The notes: generated from the sequence alone by a model not told the origin. DNA of 63,045 nucleotides, filler included, from Bigelowiella natans CCMP2755 (GCA_000320545.1; 6 parts of 6 records of this genome joined end to end with filler, not necessarily neighbours in it), one strand, 5' to 3'; counted from the whole stretch's first letter, positions 25,503-38,148 are shown. Program-made: numbers and translations.

Positions 25503-27887
25503 CAGTATCAAAAGAAGAGGAGGGAGGAGGAAGGGAATATAGAGGAGTAAAGCCTCTTTTAATAATCGGTTACCCCATTTTCGTCGTTGCCGTTGTCGTT
25601 CTCCAATGCAGGCGCGGCGCTCAGCCCAGTCTCTTCTTGCCCCTGAGTAGTATTGCCATCACGATATAACGACAGCAGTCGATCAAAATAGTAGTAATTA
25701 ATGAGAGCTTAGGCACAAAACCAAGCCAGCGCCCATAGCCTCGTAACCCGAAGTGTATATAATAATATATCAATGACGGAAGAAGGACGAAGTGGGTGCA
25801 GGCACTACCGCGAGCAAAGTGTGCGCAGATTTCTCCTTCTTCTCTGTAAACTCTTCTCCCTCCCCTTCCTGTCCTCAACGACAACAACAACGACATCGAG
25901 AAGAACCATCTCGTGAGAAAATCATTGAAAATTCGTCTTAGCTTGTCTGCGCACGGTACCACCATGCACGTTTGACACATCGTTCACGTCTAGACATCGC
26001 TGCAGGCAATGAATTGTTTCAAGGCCAATAACGCACAAGACCCGCATAAATCATGGAAGTAATGTATAGCATGTGTGCGTGCGTGCGTGCGTGTGTGTGT
26101 GTGTGTGTGTGTGTGTAGCTGCCATATTTGCCTCTTGCTGGTCGAAGGACAGCAGGCTCTCGTTCTTTTTACGTTTTTTCTTTTTCTTCTTCTTCACAAT
26201 TTCCTTCGAGCAGACACAGCACAAGTAGCAACCACAATGATGATGATGATGATGATGATGATGATCATGATCATGATGATGATGATGCACATACGGTCAC
26301 ACCGCGTTTTGACATACAGATATATACCGTAGACGAACAAAAAAATCGGGATGTTTTTGGCGTCAGATTTGTGAATAAGATTCTAGAAAGTGCTAGGATT
26401 TCGCCTTACGACGCGGCAAAACCGCAGGATGAAAATCATAGGAGCTTTGCGGACTAATGCTCTTGCACATTTGCTGCTGCCTCTACCTGTTTCTTGACCC
26501 TCGGCACAATGTCGTCAAACGGATTGAGTATTACCTGGGTAGTAGTATTTTATGATGAGGATGGTAGTCATCATGATGGGCGAGCGAGTATACGTGCATG
26601 TGCACACGTATGAGGGGGGGAGGGGAGAGATAGAAAGTTGTTTTATTTCGGCACCATAGCTATTCTAGTGCTGCTGCTGCTGCTGCTGTGCTGTGCTGTG
26701 CTGTACATCGGTTTTAAGAATCTTCGGAGGGTACAGCGGCCTATCATCCTTATCCGTCTCATACCCTGCCAAGTTGACCTTTTCGAAACCAGCATAGTAG
26801 ACAGACAACATTTGTTTGTGTGGGGAAGGGGGGATAAGCTGAAAAAAACGGAGAGGGATGAGGGGTTGAGTGCCCCATCGTTGATTCAACTGCTAACATT
26901 ACAAGGACAACTGCTGTGTAACTCCGGTTGCTACTGCTGATTTTACTAATACTGTTTATGCGTTGCCACCAGGTTGTATATTGTCCTCCCTGTCACTTTG
27001 CCAAAGATCGTATGCTTTCCCTGGAGCAGCATAGTAAGTATGAACCACCGGCAAAAGGAATCAGAAGGCGCGAAAACACACGTTCTTATCAGGGAGTACA
27101 AAAGTGCAAATAAGGTGGGTTGCTTCAGCGGAGTAGAGATAATTGATACCTTAAGCCAGCTACACTCGCCAAGCGTGATGAAAAACTAAGTGCAAGTAAA
27201 CAGCAACCTCTTAACTTTTGTCCATTCCACAAAGCGTATGGGGCACATTCGCACCTGTGATGCATTGTCATTGCTCCCGCTATTCGCTGTCGCGACGATC
27301 CCTCTGTGACGAAAGCGCAAACGGGAATGCACCTATTTGGTGTTCGAATTGATGCGATATGAGTTCGGAAACCAACGATCACAGAGGCAGCATCAGACAG
27401 CAGTGTGAGACCTCATTCTTGAAGGACTTCCCATAAATCGACTCGCCCCCATTTCCCGTGCCTGTAGGGTCGCCCGTCTACGACCGAAACAAAGTGAATA
27501 ACGAGTTCAGCTCTTCCATCGATAGTGTGGCCAGTTTACCTGAACCATGAAGTCTTTAATGATCCTGTGGAATATGCAGTTATCGTAGTAGCCTTCGAGG
27601 CATAGCTGGACGAAGTTGCGCACCGCCATTGGGCACTGTTTTGGCCTTGTATGAGGAAAAGAAGCATGATTTAAATTCGGCCTATTTGTTTTTGCGCATG
27701 AAGACTTTGCCTACCAAAGCTCAACATCCAGCTCTCCAACCGTTGTCACGACAATGACCTGATTTCCAGTACATGAGAGTCATATTGATGTATCACGTGC
27801 AGAGACATTCTTGCACGGGCTCAAAGGAAATACCTTGCCGTGGGTTGGCGGCTCGGTGTTGTAAACAAATGAGGCACCGTCAGCCAT
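24378..27887 (-). CDS. CWC27: Spliceosome-associated cyclophilin CWC27, multi-exon; 3' end uncertain near the gap
   Basis: MADGASFVYNTEPPTHGK|VIVVTTVGELDVELW|PKQCPMAVRNFVQLCLEGYYDNCIFHRIIKDFMVQ|TGDPTGTGNGGESIYGKSFKNE, then FFITLGECSWLKGKHTIFGKV, DDRPLYPPKI, NPFDDIVPR and KKNESLLSF, all characteristic of CWC27. Confidence 0.9.
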
Positions 27888-28572
27888 TTCTCTCTTTCGA
27901 TATGCTGTTCCTCCGCACTCAGAAGTGGCCTGGAAGATTTGGTGTTGATAAAATTCTTGTTTTGTCAGGAAAGATGGCTTGCCGGAAAGGGCGCCATAAC
28001 GCAGAAATGAACTTCATATGGTCAAATTATGGGTGTTTTCTTGACCAAAAAACTATATATCAAAATATATAGCGACAAGTTGTAGTTCTTGTCGTTTATT
28101 TTAAATATAAAACAACACCTCAAAAACGAATAATTTAGAAACGATTTATTAATTTCATGGATCCCAACTCTTTTCATAATAAGTATGACCGTAGTTTTCT
28201 TTGAATTGTGTGATATGCTCTTCTAATATGCAATATTTTAGTAAGTTTTTTGTGTCGCAATCTATTTATCGTGGATCCTGTTGAAATATCGGAGACCTTT
28301 ATTCTTTTTTTCTGAGAAATTACTCTCGTCGCGCCCCTTCTTTGAATCTTCAGATTTGTAGTTGGAAGAAGAATCTTATCACATACACATTCTTCCTTTT
28401 TATTTTATGTCGCATAAAAATAATATGTGGATATATTGAACTTTTAAATATAGTCTGACCAAAAATAACGTTTTTAAGTTCTGGAAATTGTGCATGAAAA
28501 AAGGTGTGAGACCAAGAAAGGATCGGGGATTTACAATGGTAGAGTATAACACGATCGTTTATAAAATACGAC

Positions 28573-31063
28573 ATGGATAAATTGAAGCATTTGTACAAAA
28601 TACGCCATTCTAAATTGCATAATCTTGATCACGTATTCTGAAAGGCAATAAGGGTGTACACTGCGAAAGACGAAGAAGGAACCTATCGAACCAGTAATCA
28701 GAATCCCTTACCCATTGTGCGTGACGTTTTGGGGACAGAATTGTAATACTAGAGATGAATCTAAAACTTGTTCCAATAATGGTGCTTCTAGTGTTGACTT
28801 GTGTTGTATTTTTTTAACGTTTTCCGCTTTACAAACCATCTGAAAGATTATCATTATGTTCATACCAGCTGGAATAATTCGGGATGCGGTCGTCCTTCAA
28901 AAGGCAGCGCGAAGGAAAAACATTGGCAGGGCGTAAAAGACAAAAGCTTTCCGATGATCAAACGAAATTTTGTAGGATTGTGATGCTGGGGAGAACAACG
29001 TAAAAGTTATTTTAGTACCTAGTTAGTTCTTCTCTTAAACCCCCCTTTCCTTCCCATAATCTCCAGTGAATCTTCAAAAGAATACGCTCTCCATGCACAA
29101 GGTGAACTTTACGAGGAAGAAATTCGAGCAGGTTCCTGAATTTAGTTGAAATTGTCGAAATACGTAACTAATAAGGTTTTTTTCTCTAGGAATTAATTTT
29201 CTAGTAGACCCACAACAATTCCCTGCAGAACAAGACACCTGCCGAGCAGAAGGCTTTCATTTCCTACTTATTGCCGATCAAGAAAACATACGGCAGGGAA
29301 ATTTCGGAATAAAGAGTTTTGTCCCAGGTGTTCGTAGCAAGGTATGTCATAATTTCGTTTGAAAATGTAATGTAGATCTGCGTCGTGATAAAATTTCTAT
29401 TCCCTCTTTTTAGACTTCGATCACACTCGAGGATGCCATTTCGATTATGGTTGAGCATAAAGATGAAGGTCACGAAGATACGTTCGATAACGATCAGTTC
29501 GCCATCTCTTCAGCACAAGAAAACGACAAGCTGCGCAAACAACGTGATATGCTTCGCAATACCAACGGCGATCAGCCCCAAGGAAATAATAATCAAAGCA
29601 TATATTTTGATGAAGATGATGGTCCGATTGACCCGAGGGCGCGAGGCGCTATTGACCCGAGGGCGCAAGGCGCTATTGACCCGAGGGCGCAAGGCGCTAT
29701 TGACCCGAGAGCGCGAGGCGCTAAGATTGATCTTACACATGATACGGATGTTTCTGATCCGCGCCGCCGCGCGCCGCCAAAAGAGCCGCGCGCCGCAGCA
29801 GCAAACGAATATGATGTAGATAGTATACCTTTAGAGGATACTCCGAAGGAGGAGAACAAGAAGTAATATTTTATTAAAAATAAATAAAAATAACATTGAT
29901 GGAAATATTTATTTCGAATCCAAATCATTTAACATATTTGTAAATTAGCATGTTTTCAATGAATACGACAATACATCTTAGGGAGGCCGGCAACACTCTG
30001 GAATCTCTCCTAAGTTTCTTTATGGAGAATCCAGATAGCATAGATCAGGACAAGGAAGAAGTTCCTGTTGATGGTGTAGCGACAACGGACGAGATGCAGG
30101 AGAACATGGATGAGTTTCCTATGGATACGAATCCTATGAGAGCGAACATGATGAGGAATGGAATGATGAATCAGGGAATGCAAAACCGGGACATGCGAAA
30201 TCAGGGAATGCAAAACCAGGGGATGCCAATGGGGAATGGCCCAGGATTACAAAATCAGAGAATGGATCGTGCGGCTCCAGCACCTGTGCTACCGGTTATG
30301 AATCCCATGGGCGGTGGACGCCAGAACAATCTATCCGGACTTGGCGTCTGCTTTGAGTGGATGAGGTTAGTTTTACATCAATTTTACTGATTCTCTTTAC
30401 TTATGAGAACATATTTTACTTAGAGGAATGTGCAGCAGGGGTCCTGCATGCAAGTTTAGACACGAGGCACCAGCAAGAGGGCCTAACGGTGGAGGTCCCG
30501 AATATTGCCGAAACTGGCAACGAGGGAAATGCCTTTTCAAGGATTGCAAGTACTTGCATGAAAACCCCCCAATGCCACAGCCTAATCTAGGCGTAGCAAG
30601 GCCGATGATTCCTCCAGAGTACTGCCGAAATTGGCAAAGGGGAAAGTGTTTCTTCAAAGATTGCAAATACCTTCACGAAAATCCTCCGGGTGGTGCCCCT
30701 GTAAGAATGCCACCACCTCGCGGACCACCCCGTGGACCACCCCGCGGACCACCACTTGGACCACCCCGCGGACCACCACTTGGACCACCTCGTGGGCCAC
30801 CCCGGGAGGTTTGTCGGGATTGGATGAAGGGGAGGTGTGTAATGAAGGTCTGTAAATATTTACATGAGAGACCGAGAAATGGTATGATGGCTCCTCCGGG
30901 CCGGCCTGGGCCTTTTGTTGGGGCGAGGAAACCCCCTGTAGCGCAGTGTGCAGGGATTGGCTCAGGGGAAATGCAGTAGAGATCTCTGCCGTTTTAGCAT
31001 GAAAATCCTGGGCGTGAAGGTAATGAAATGAATGGATCAATCAAACCAGGAGTAATGAATTGA
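28573..31063 (+). CDS. Protein with UBA-like segments and five CCCH zinc fingers; the last finger is frameshifted
   Basis: CFEWMR|GMCSRGPACKFRH, two copies of CRNWQRGKCxFKDCKYLH, CRDWMKGRCVMKVCKYLH, and a broken fifth finger CRDWLRG/KCSRDLCRF/HENP. EAGNTLESLLSFFMENP is UBA-like. The 5' exon structure is tentative. Confidence 0.7.
29627..29722 (+). repeat. Coding tandem repeat, 4 x 24 bp (IDPRA[R/Q]GA)
   Basis: ATTGACCCGAGGGCGC(G/A)AGGCGCT is repeated four times. Confidence 0.9.
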
Positions 31064-31574
31064 AACTTACCACTTGATTTTTTGAATCATTTGTATATTT
31101 TAATGCTCCCGCTCAATCGAGAAAATAAATTATAACGATTGTGTGGAGCTTTGGCGATTGCGTGATTGAAAATGAAGGTCTACAATGAATCTGAAATACA
31201 ATTCTAGTCTTAATAATATGACTATTTAAGACTTTTCATTGAAGGGCTGAAAACATTCATGCTTCGTCTCTGCTCTCGCTTAGTTTCATTCACCCGCCTT
31301 CGTTATTTTTTTTGTTTGGGTTTTCGTTGTCTAATGCGGCGCCATCTCCGCAGAGACATAAAAAGACTCGGTAAATATCGCACCGCGCCCCGTCTTTCAT
31401 CGACCAAACATAAAACTAGGCGCGATTCCTGCGCTTATTTGATTCCATCGATCGAACAGCTACCGTATATGCACAGGGCCAATTAGTACGCTTTATCTTG
31501 CTACACATACAGACATGTTACATGTGTATGTGTGCACATGTACATGTACACATGTATACATATGCACATATGTA

Positions 31575-34500
31575 TGAGACGGATGTGATGAAGAATCAAA
31601 TTTTTTCAATGGTCATCCTGATGTAGCTGTGCAATGCAGCGGCTACAGCGCTAATGTTGCATCTGTTGGTTTCTGCCACAATGTGTTTCATGCATTTGAA
31701 AGCGTCCTCATGCGACCGATGTTGCCGCGCACTGCGCGCAGCAGTTCTGGATTCAATTTCAGCCTTTGTCAACCGGTTCGTGTCGTCGTTGCGATTCATG
31801 ATCGCGCGCATTTGATTGCGCAATCTGATTTGTTCTCGACCATGTGTTGGACATTGCAGGAGATGATCCATGTCCTTCAGGATGCCACATGCATCGCACG
31901 TGGCATCTTCCTCTGTGCATTGTCCACGTGACAGCATGAATTTGCCAAGATTGCCGACACCACAGATGGCGCGCATCCATGATGTAGCAACACTTGGAAG
32001 TTTCAGTTTGATGCCGGTGATCGAAGATGACGGGAGGAAACCAAGATTCTTGAGATGCACAGCGCGCAATGAATCATTGGACCATTCCTCTTCGAATTCG
32101 TTGAAAGCACAAGATTTCATCACCTTGTGATGTTTTTTCAGTTCTTTTTTCAGCGCCTCTGTTGTCGCCAAAACGGTGGGCAATTCGTCACCTAACAAGT
32201 CGTCAGTGATCGATTTGAGCCGTCGAAACAAGGATGCTTTGTTCCACGTGTGTGTGGTCACATCAATCCACGATGTGCCATCTGACACTTTTCGATTTTC
32301 AATGATGAAGCCATAACTGCTCCAATCATTTGTTCCCTCATGGATTTGAGGACCGCTGCCTGTGTCGATCCATGCGTTAGTGCGTAACCATGATTTAGCA
32401 CACTGCACTTTAGTTTGATGTCGGGGTGGCAACGTGCCAGTGAGGACGTGGGGGACGTCGTTGGAGATGGATCCAGGTAATCCCAATATACGTTTCAGGG
32501 TTTGGGATTCCATGGAATCCATCTGTTTTATTCGTATGTTTCTTCGTGATCTCCATATTGGAGCAGCGTATCTGCTGGATGCAAGGAACCATGATTTGTA
32601 AAATTTCAGTCTGACGTTTAGCGGTACAAGGTGTCTGGAATAACACAACCTTAACAAAAACCTTCGCTTCTTTTGCAATCTCAGGTGAGAAGCAAGAGCA
32701 TGTTTTTCAAAGGTTAATTTGTTGTCGAAGATTAGTCCGAGACATCTGCCGCTGTCGACTCTTTTTATTTTTCCTTGGAGATTGAGAGAGATGTTCCAGG
32801 AGGTTTGGTGTCGGTGGGCTTTATTTCTTTTGTCAATTATAAGGTACCCGCTCTTGTCCCCATTGAATCGCATCCGCCATTTCATGCACCAGTCCGTCAT
32901 TTGGTTTAGGTCGGCCTGGATATCATCTTGCATTTTCCCCCATCGGTTTGGCGAAAACAATTTGTAGGGGGTAACGTCGTCACATTATATTTGGAAATCT
33001 GTGTTGGTAATATGTTCGTAAATGTCGTAATAGGTTATGAAAAGGAAACAGCTGAGAGATGATCCTTCGGGGACGCCGCTCCCAAGGTTCATGTGCTCAG
33101 AGAGAGTATTGCCAAATCTGAATCTGGCGGTACGATCTCTGAGCCAGTCGTCGATCCACAGCAATAGCGAGCCTCGTATTCCGTATTTGTCATGTAACTT
33201 GCGTATCATGCCGGAATGCCAGGCTTTTGGATAAGCTTTAGAGGCATCTGTAAACAACAGGATGGCTGCAAGCTTTTTGTTATATACTCCATCCTCGATT
33301 GACTGCGTCATCTTTGTGAGTGCAGTTTCGCAGGATCGATTTTTCATGAATGCATACTGATGTATGCTAATGTTTTTGGGGGGTATAGCTTCGCGGAGCC
33401 GTTGTTCTATTAGTTTGTCTTCTATTTTTGAAGCTATTTGTAGGAGAGAAATCGTTCTCCCGTTGAGAGGGGTGTTAAGTTCTTTGTTGGCCTTAGGGAT
33501 GAGACAAAAAATGGCCGCCTTACGTGAGCCATCTCGGGTACCCCATCTATATGACATGTTGAATGTAGCTAACCACAGTTGATGGAGTTTCTTGCTTTTT
33601 TTCAACATGTTTAGGTGAACACCATCATCGCCAGGAGACTTGTACGGTGATGCTTTGTTGATCACGTTTCTTAGTTCATGCATAGAAAAATCTCTGTTGT
33701 ATGAATTAACACTGTGGATCTTTTTGTCTTCATTTTTCCTGAAGGTATTTCTCCAGGCCTCAGTTTCAGCGTGAAAGGTTCGATTTTTCTTGTCTGACGG
33801 GTGTGGTTTGTAGATATGTTTCCATTTGGCAACACACACTTCACATTTTTTTTCTTCAGAGGTTTCGCCATCGAGTCCTCCGAATTTATCCCGCCCTCTG
33901 GATTTTTGGAATAATTTGTACAGCATTCTGGTATGATTCCCATTGTTGTATTTTTCGAAGCGAGACAAGAATAATTGCCATGCTTCGTACTGAAGGGTTT
34001 CGGTGGTTCGTTCAAGTTCGGCGTTGATTTCTTGGATCTTGGTTTCTAATAATTTTCTCTTCCGAAATTTCCTTTCGTGTTTCAAGGATCTAAATAATTT
34101 TTCTTGTTGATCTTTGATGGATTTATATTTTTTGTCGTTTTGGTATGGCTTGATTGGACTCCAACGTTGTCGTTTTTTTGGTGTGCAGCTATTAAAAGCT
34201 TTTCCGGTAAAGTCCCAGAACCAGCGTTCAAGCTTTTTTGCATCAGCCTCCGATTGAACGTTTAGTATGCGCTGGTGCAAGCGTTCGGTAATATTATTCA
34301 ATTTTTCGTCAAATCGTTTTACATCGAATTTGTCGATGTCATATATCATTGGTGAAGTCTGTTGATGGATTGCCACAGGTTTTCCAAAGTGGATACCGAA
34401 ATGGTCACTTGTCGTGGTGTTGGCCATCTGATATTCTATTTGGTGTGCGAAGTTTGAGGAGCACAGCACATGATCAAGTGTGCTTGTGTTTCCTTTTCTG

Positions 34501-35973
34501 AAATATGTGGCTTCCCCAGGGTTGACCATCATGATGTTGTTATCCGACAACCACTGGTGTAGGTATCTGCCACGTCTATCTTCTTGGTTTCGGACATCGT
34601 AGGTGGAGTGCTTAGCATTAGTGTCCCCCACGATGATGTATTTTTTCCATTTCTGTTTCCGAATGATGTTCATTATGAAATCTAATCTCTCTTTTCAGAT
34701 GTGAGATGTTTTGGTGTGGCTGGAGGTACACCATTATGACAGCATATTTTTCAATGCTGTGTATGAAAAAACTAATATCGTAATTGTTATCATCTATAGG
34801 TATATGAATTATATCTGTGTTCTTTTTTCTTAATCCAAAGCTCCCAGAGGAGCCGCTCGTCCGAATCACTTCGTATCCCGCTGGAGGATGCAGCCTCTCC
34901 GATTCTTTGAGGCGGCCTTCCCCAAACCAGGCGAGTTCGATGTTGTTGGTGGTTATCATTTCTTTTAACATATTATATCTTCTATTTATTCTTTGCCTGC
35001 CTTGTTCAGTTCCGTTTTTACTGCGTATGTTTTGGTAGTAGTAGGGGAGATTCAAATGATTAACCATATTTACGTGTCCTTCTGTTTTCATATGCCCTGA
35101 ATCGTAGGTAGCTGCCCTGATATGTGATTTGTGAATTCAGCAGTTTGGTGGCCTCTTCATGCGAGTGCACAAACAGCTGAAGTAGAGGGCCCTTGCCGAG
35201 AGGTTCTATTGCTGCGACTTTTACATCGATGTTGGTTTCGATTATCTGCTTGATGATTCCAATTCGTGTTGATTTTTCCTGCTCGTTAGGTCCCAGCCTT
35301 GGGCCTCTCAGAACTACAGAGTGCTTACTTGGCCTTGACTTAGCTGCTCTGACTGTGGTCACTAATCCAAAGAGTGAGGGAAGGAATGATCCTTGTCCTA
35401 ACTGATGTTCGGTGTTAAGCAGATCCAGGTAAGCATCCATCTTAGATTCTCTGGAGCCTGTGAAGAACACTTTTAGGTGGGTTTTATTCCTAGATTTGAA
35501 TTGGATTCCTTGAAAGTCCTTCCCATATTTCGCTTGGAAAGCTACGTGCATTTGGAATTCGTTCAATCCTAGTGCATCGATCAACTTTGGAGTTATTTTG
35601 GACAGGTTTTTCCCAATATCTGGAACATCTTTTTTTTCACTGGATGGGTTCAAATCCTCTACGTTCTTTCCGGCTAGGCATTTAGTCTCTTCTTCCTCGG
35701 TGTTAACTTCTGTCAGTGTGTCGCGGTTTTCATCCCTCGGATCTGCTGTGTTTGTTTCCTCACTTGTTGGTTCGTTGGCATGTTTTTTTTTGCCAGTGAG
35801 AACAGTGCGACATGGGTCGCCGGAGGCCATAATGGTGCCCCCCGCTTGCAGCATGGCTTTTTTGTCAAGTTCCAATATGAGCACGTTCTGTTTATACTTC
35901 CGGTTGTATTTCCTTTGATTCCTGGCGTGACTTTTTGGAACTTGCCAACTCTGGCTATTCTTTCGCTCAGCTA
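31575..35973 (-). mobile_element. Non-LTR retrotransposon (LINE, APE endonuclease + RT, two ORFs), 5'-truncated and defective
   Basis: ORF1 35060-~35973 has no ATG at the truncation. ORF2 has endonuclease motifs GDTNAKH, TY..., TLDHVL, SDH; RT motifs KSPGDDG, RTISLL, QYAF, DASKAY, GVPEGS, *CDD; and a C-terminal CxxC...H...C. Both flanks are degenerate alternating pyrimidine-purine tracts. Confidence 0.93.
31596..35091 (-). pseudogene. LINE ORF2 (endonuclease/reverse transcriptase) with a frameshift near 34675 and a stop at 32985-32987
   Basis: Three ORF-track pieces (34618-35091, 32985-34673, 31596-32960) join into one ORF2. The in-frame TAA sits where the Tyr/Phe of the [Y/F]xDD motif is expected (I*CDD). 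Confidence 0.88.
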
Positions 35974-36450
35974 GTCTATGTATACACTATGATACATATA
36001 CATACATCTTTTAATCTAGATGTATCATACATAGAGAAGTAAAACATGCTAGTGATTGTAGATCCGGATGGGTGGATTTGTGTTGGGATTACCTCGCTCT
36101 GTAGCAGATGCCGTATCTTCTCGGTAGATATACATCTGTCCGTTCGCAAAGCAGACTTACAGCAGGCGGCTCGATCTGCTACTGCTAGCAGCTAACAACT
36201 ACCACTAGAGCAGAGATGTACCTAGCTAGCATGCCCTTACGACAATGAGATGATTGACGCCATCATGCGCTCTGCTCATGCAGTAGTGTGTTGTTATTCT
36301 TATTGTGAACATGATGAATCATCTATCTAGCTGTACAAGTGTAGATCGTGGTATCGTGGTACGACACACACACTTGATGCATGCATGCTAGCATGTCTAG
36401 ATGTGTCGCCTGACTGCAGTGTTGTCACATCTGTCATCTCGATCGCAACC

Positions 36451-36691
36451 TGCACTGAGAGCCCAGATACATATAACTATATTATATATATCATGGCTCT
36501 CAGTACAACCGGGTATACGAACATAAGTAGTTAAGCACACATGTTCTATTTTACGTGCACATGTCCCATATACACATGAGCATACTTTTAAATGACGACA
36601 TGTGTAGGTAACCACATATGTTTTAGAGGGTTTTGTACTGAGAGCCCAGATACGTATAACTATGTTATGTATGTCATGGCTCTCAGTGCAA
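36451..36691. repeat. Two direct copies of a 58-bp hairpin unit (36451-36508 and 36634-36691)
   Basis: Each copy reads TGYACTGAGAGCC...GGCTCTCAGTRCA (13-bp inverted arms). The two copies differ at 6 of 58 positions. Confidence 0.9.
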
Positions 36692-37559
36692 TGTGCGCGC
36701 GCACATTTTTTGGAACAACACTTGCATTGATCTACAGAGCAGCAACTTTGTTCTAGCTTTGCTGCGCAACGCACATGCAGCGGCACGATCGAAGTAAGCG
36801 CTAGAGCGGGCTAGCGGGGATGATGCCCAGCTACTAGCCAGCGCGCTAGCATGGCAGCTCACGTGCAACTCCGTCAAACCTGCAAGCGAATGGCGTGATG
36901 CAATGACCTCTCATGCAATTGAGGCGCACGCAATTTTTGCGTGCGTGTGCTGAAATTCCGCCAGCAACAATTTTTGCGTGCGTGTGCTGAAATTTCACGA
37001 TGATGTGAAGCCCAGCTAGCCAGTCCAGCAGTGCTAGCAGCTAGCTGGAGTGTGCGCACACCCCCATGAGCTTGCAAAACTTGTGGCACAGCAAGTGCAG
37101 CTGCGCCAGCTGTTTCGGAAGTGGCAAGCATTTTGCAATTTGCGCCCGCGCGCTGGCCAGCTGGACTAGCAGGCGTTGAAAAATGAGAAGCTGAAATGAA
37201 TTCGGAAAAAAAAAATCAAGTTTGAACTTCAAACAGACTCCAGCTAGCCAGTGTGCTTCCAATGCTGGAATCGAATGTCCAATTGCAACGATTGAGCGCG
37301 CCAGGCTGCCGCGCGCGCAAAGCATGCTGGCATGCTAGCATGGTTTGTGCATGAGTCTAGGAGTCGTTGCAGGGTTTGACGGAGTTGTGCCAGCTGGCAG
37401 GATCAATTTGGCTGAGACGGACAGTTTTGCGTGCGCGTCGACACGTCTAGACGTGTTGAGCTGTGCACGTGCGTGCGAAAATCCAAAATGCATCAACTGT
37501 GGACACGACGACCTGCGCACGGGTCGCGTGCAGTCTCAGTCAGCATTGTGCACGTGCAC

Positions 37560-38005
37560 TCTGGCAATGAACAACGAACAATGCGATGGTGAACTGCGTT
37601 TCCAAAGCGTGTGACAAGACACTTGCAGCAGTGAGCTGGCACTGAACGTGCTAGCGTGGCGGCGAACATCAGAACACATCCAGACGTTCTGGCTTCACGT
37701 CACTTGCGCGGGCTGCACGCACGTGCGCACGGTCCAGCACTCGCGACCATGCACAACCTGGGTCACAGACACGAGCACGCCTGGCAGCAATTGCCTGGCA
37801 GACGCGTTTGAACGAGGGCCATGCAGCAAGCAAGGCAGGCTGGCACTCTCACGTGCATCCAAGTTCCCTTGAGGATCGCAGGTGACACTGCCTGGGAACT
37901 GCAGAGGCGGCGCAAGCACCCCTCTCAGCACTGTGGGTGGCTGCCCGGCCTCCACTGAAAACAAGGACTCACTGGTGCGAAAACCAGGACGATGAAAAAT
38001 TGGCG
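37560..38005 (+). repeat. Third copy of the dispersed repeat, split by ~300 bp of extra sequence
   Basis: TTCCAAAGCGTGTGACAAGACACTTGCA at ~37600 and GAAAACAAGGACTCACTG...GATGAAAAATTGGCG at ~37957-38005 match the other copies. Confidence 0.6.
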
Positions 38006-38148
38006 AGACATTCGAGTGACCACATGCATTCTTAGTTCGTCCCTTGTCGGAAATTGATCTAACTCTAGCTAGAAATCGCACCAGCATTCACTGGGAAACG
38101 ACTACTCGATGCACAGCATTTAGATATTTTATTTAGGGCATTTCATCG

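Noticed and set aside
29627-30805. Regularly spaced repeats as a possible CRISPR-like array
   Set aside because: They are in-frame coding repeats (IDPRAQGA, RGPP) with no unique spacers, inside a eukaryotic gene.
36841-38031. CpG methylation decay or classical RIP as the cause of TG/CA excess
   Set aside because: CpG is plentiful in these tracts, and TpA, the RIP product, is the missing dinucleotide.
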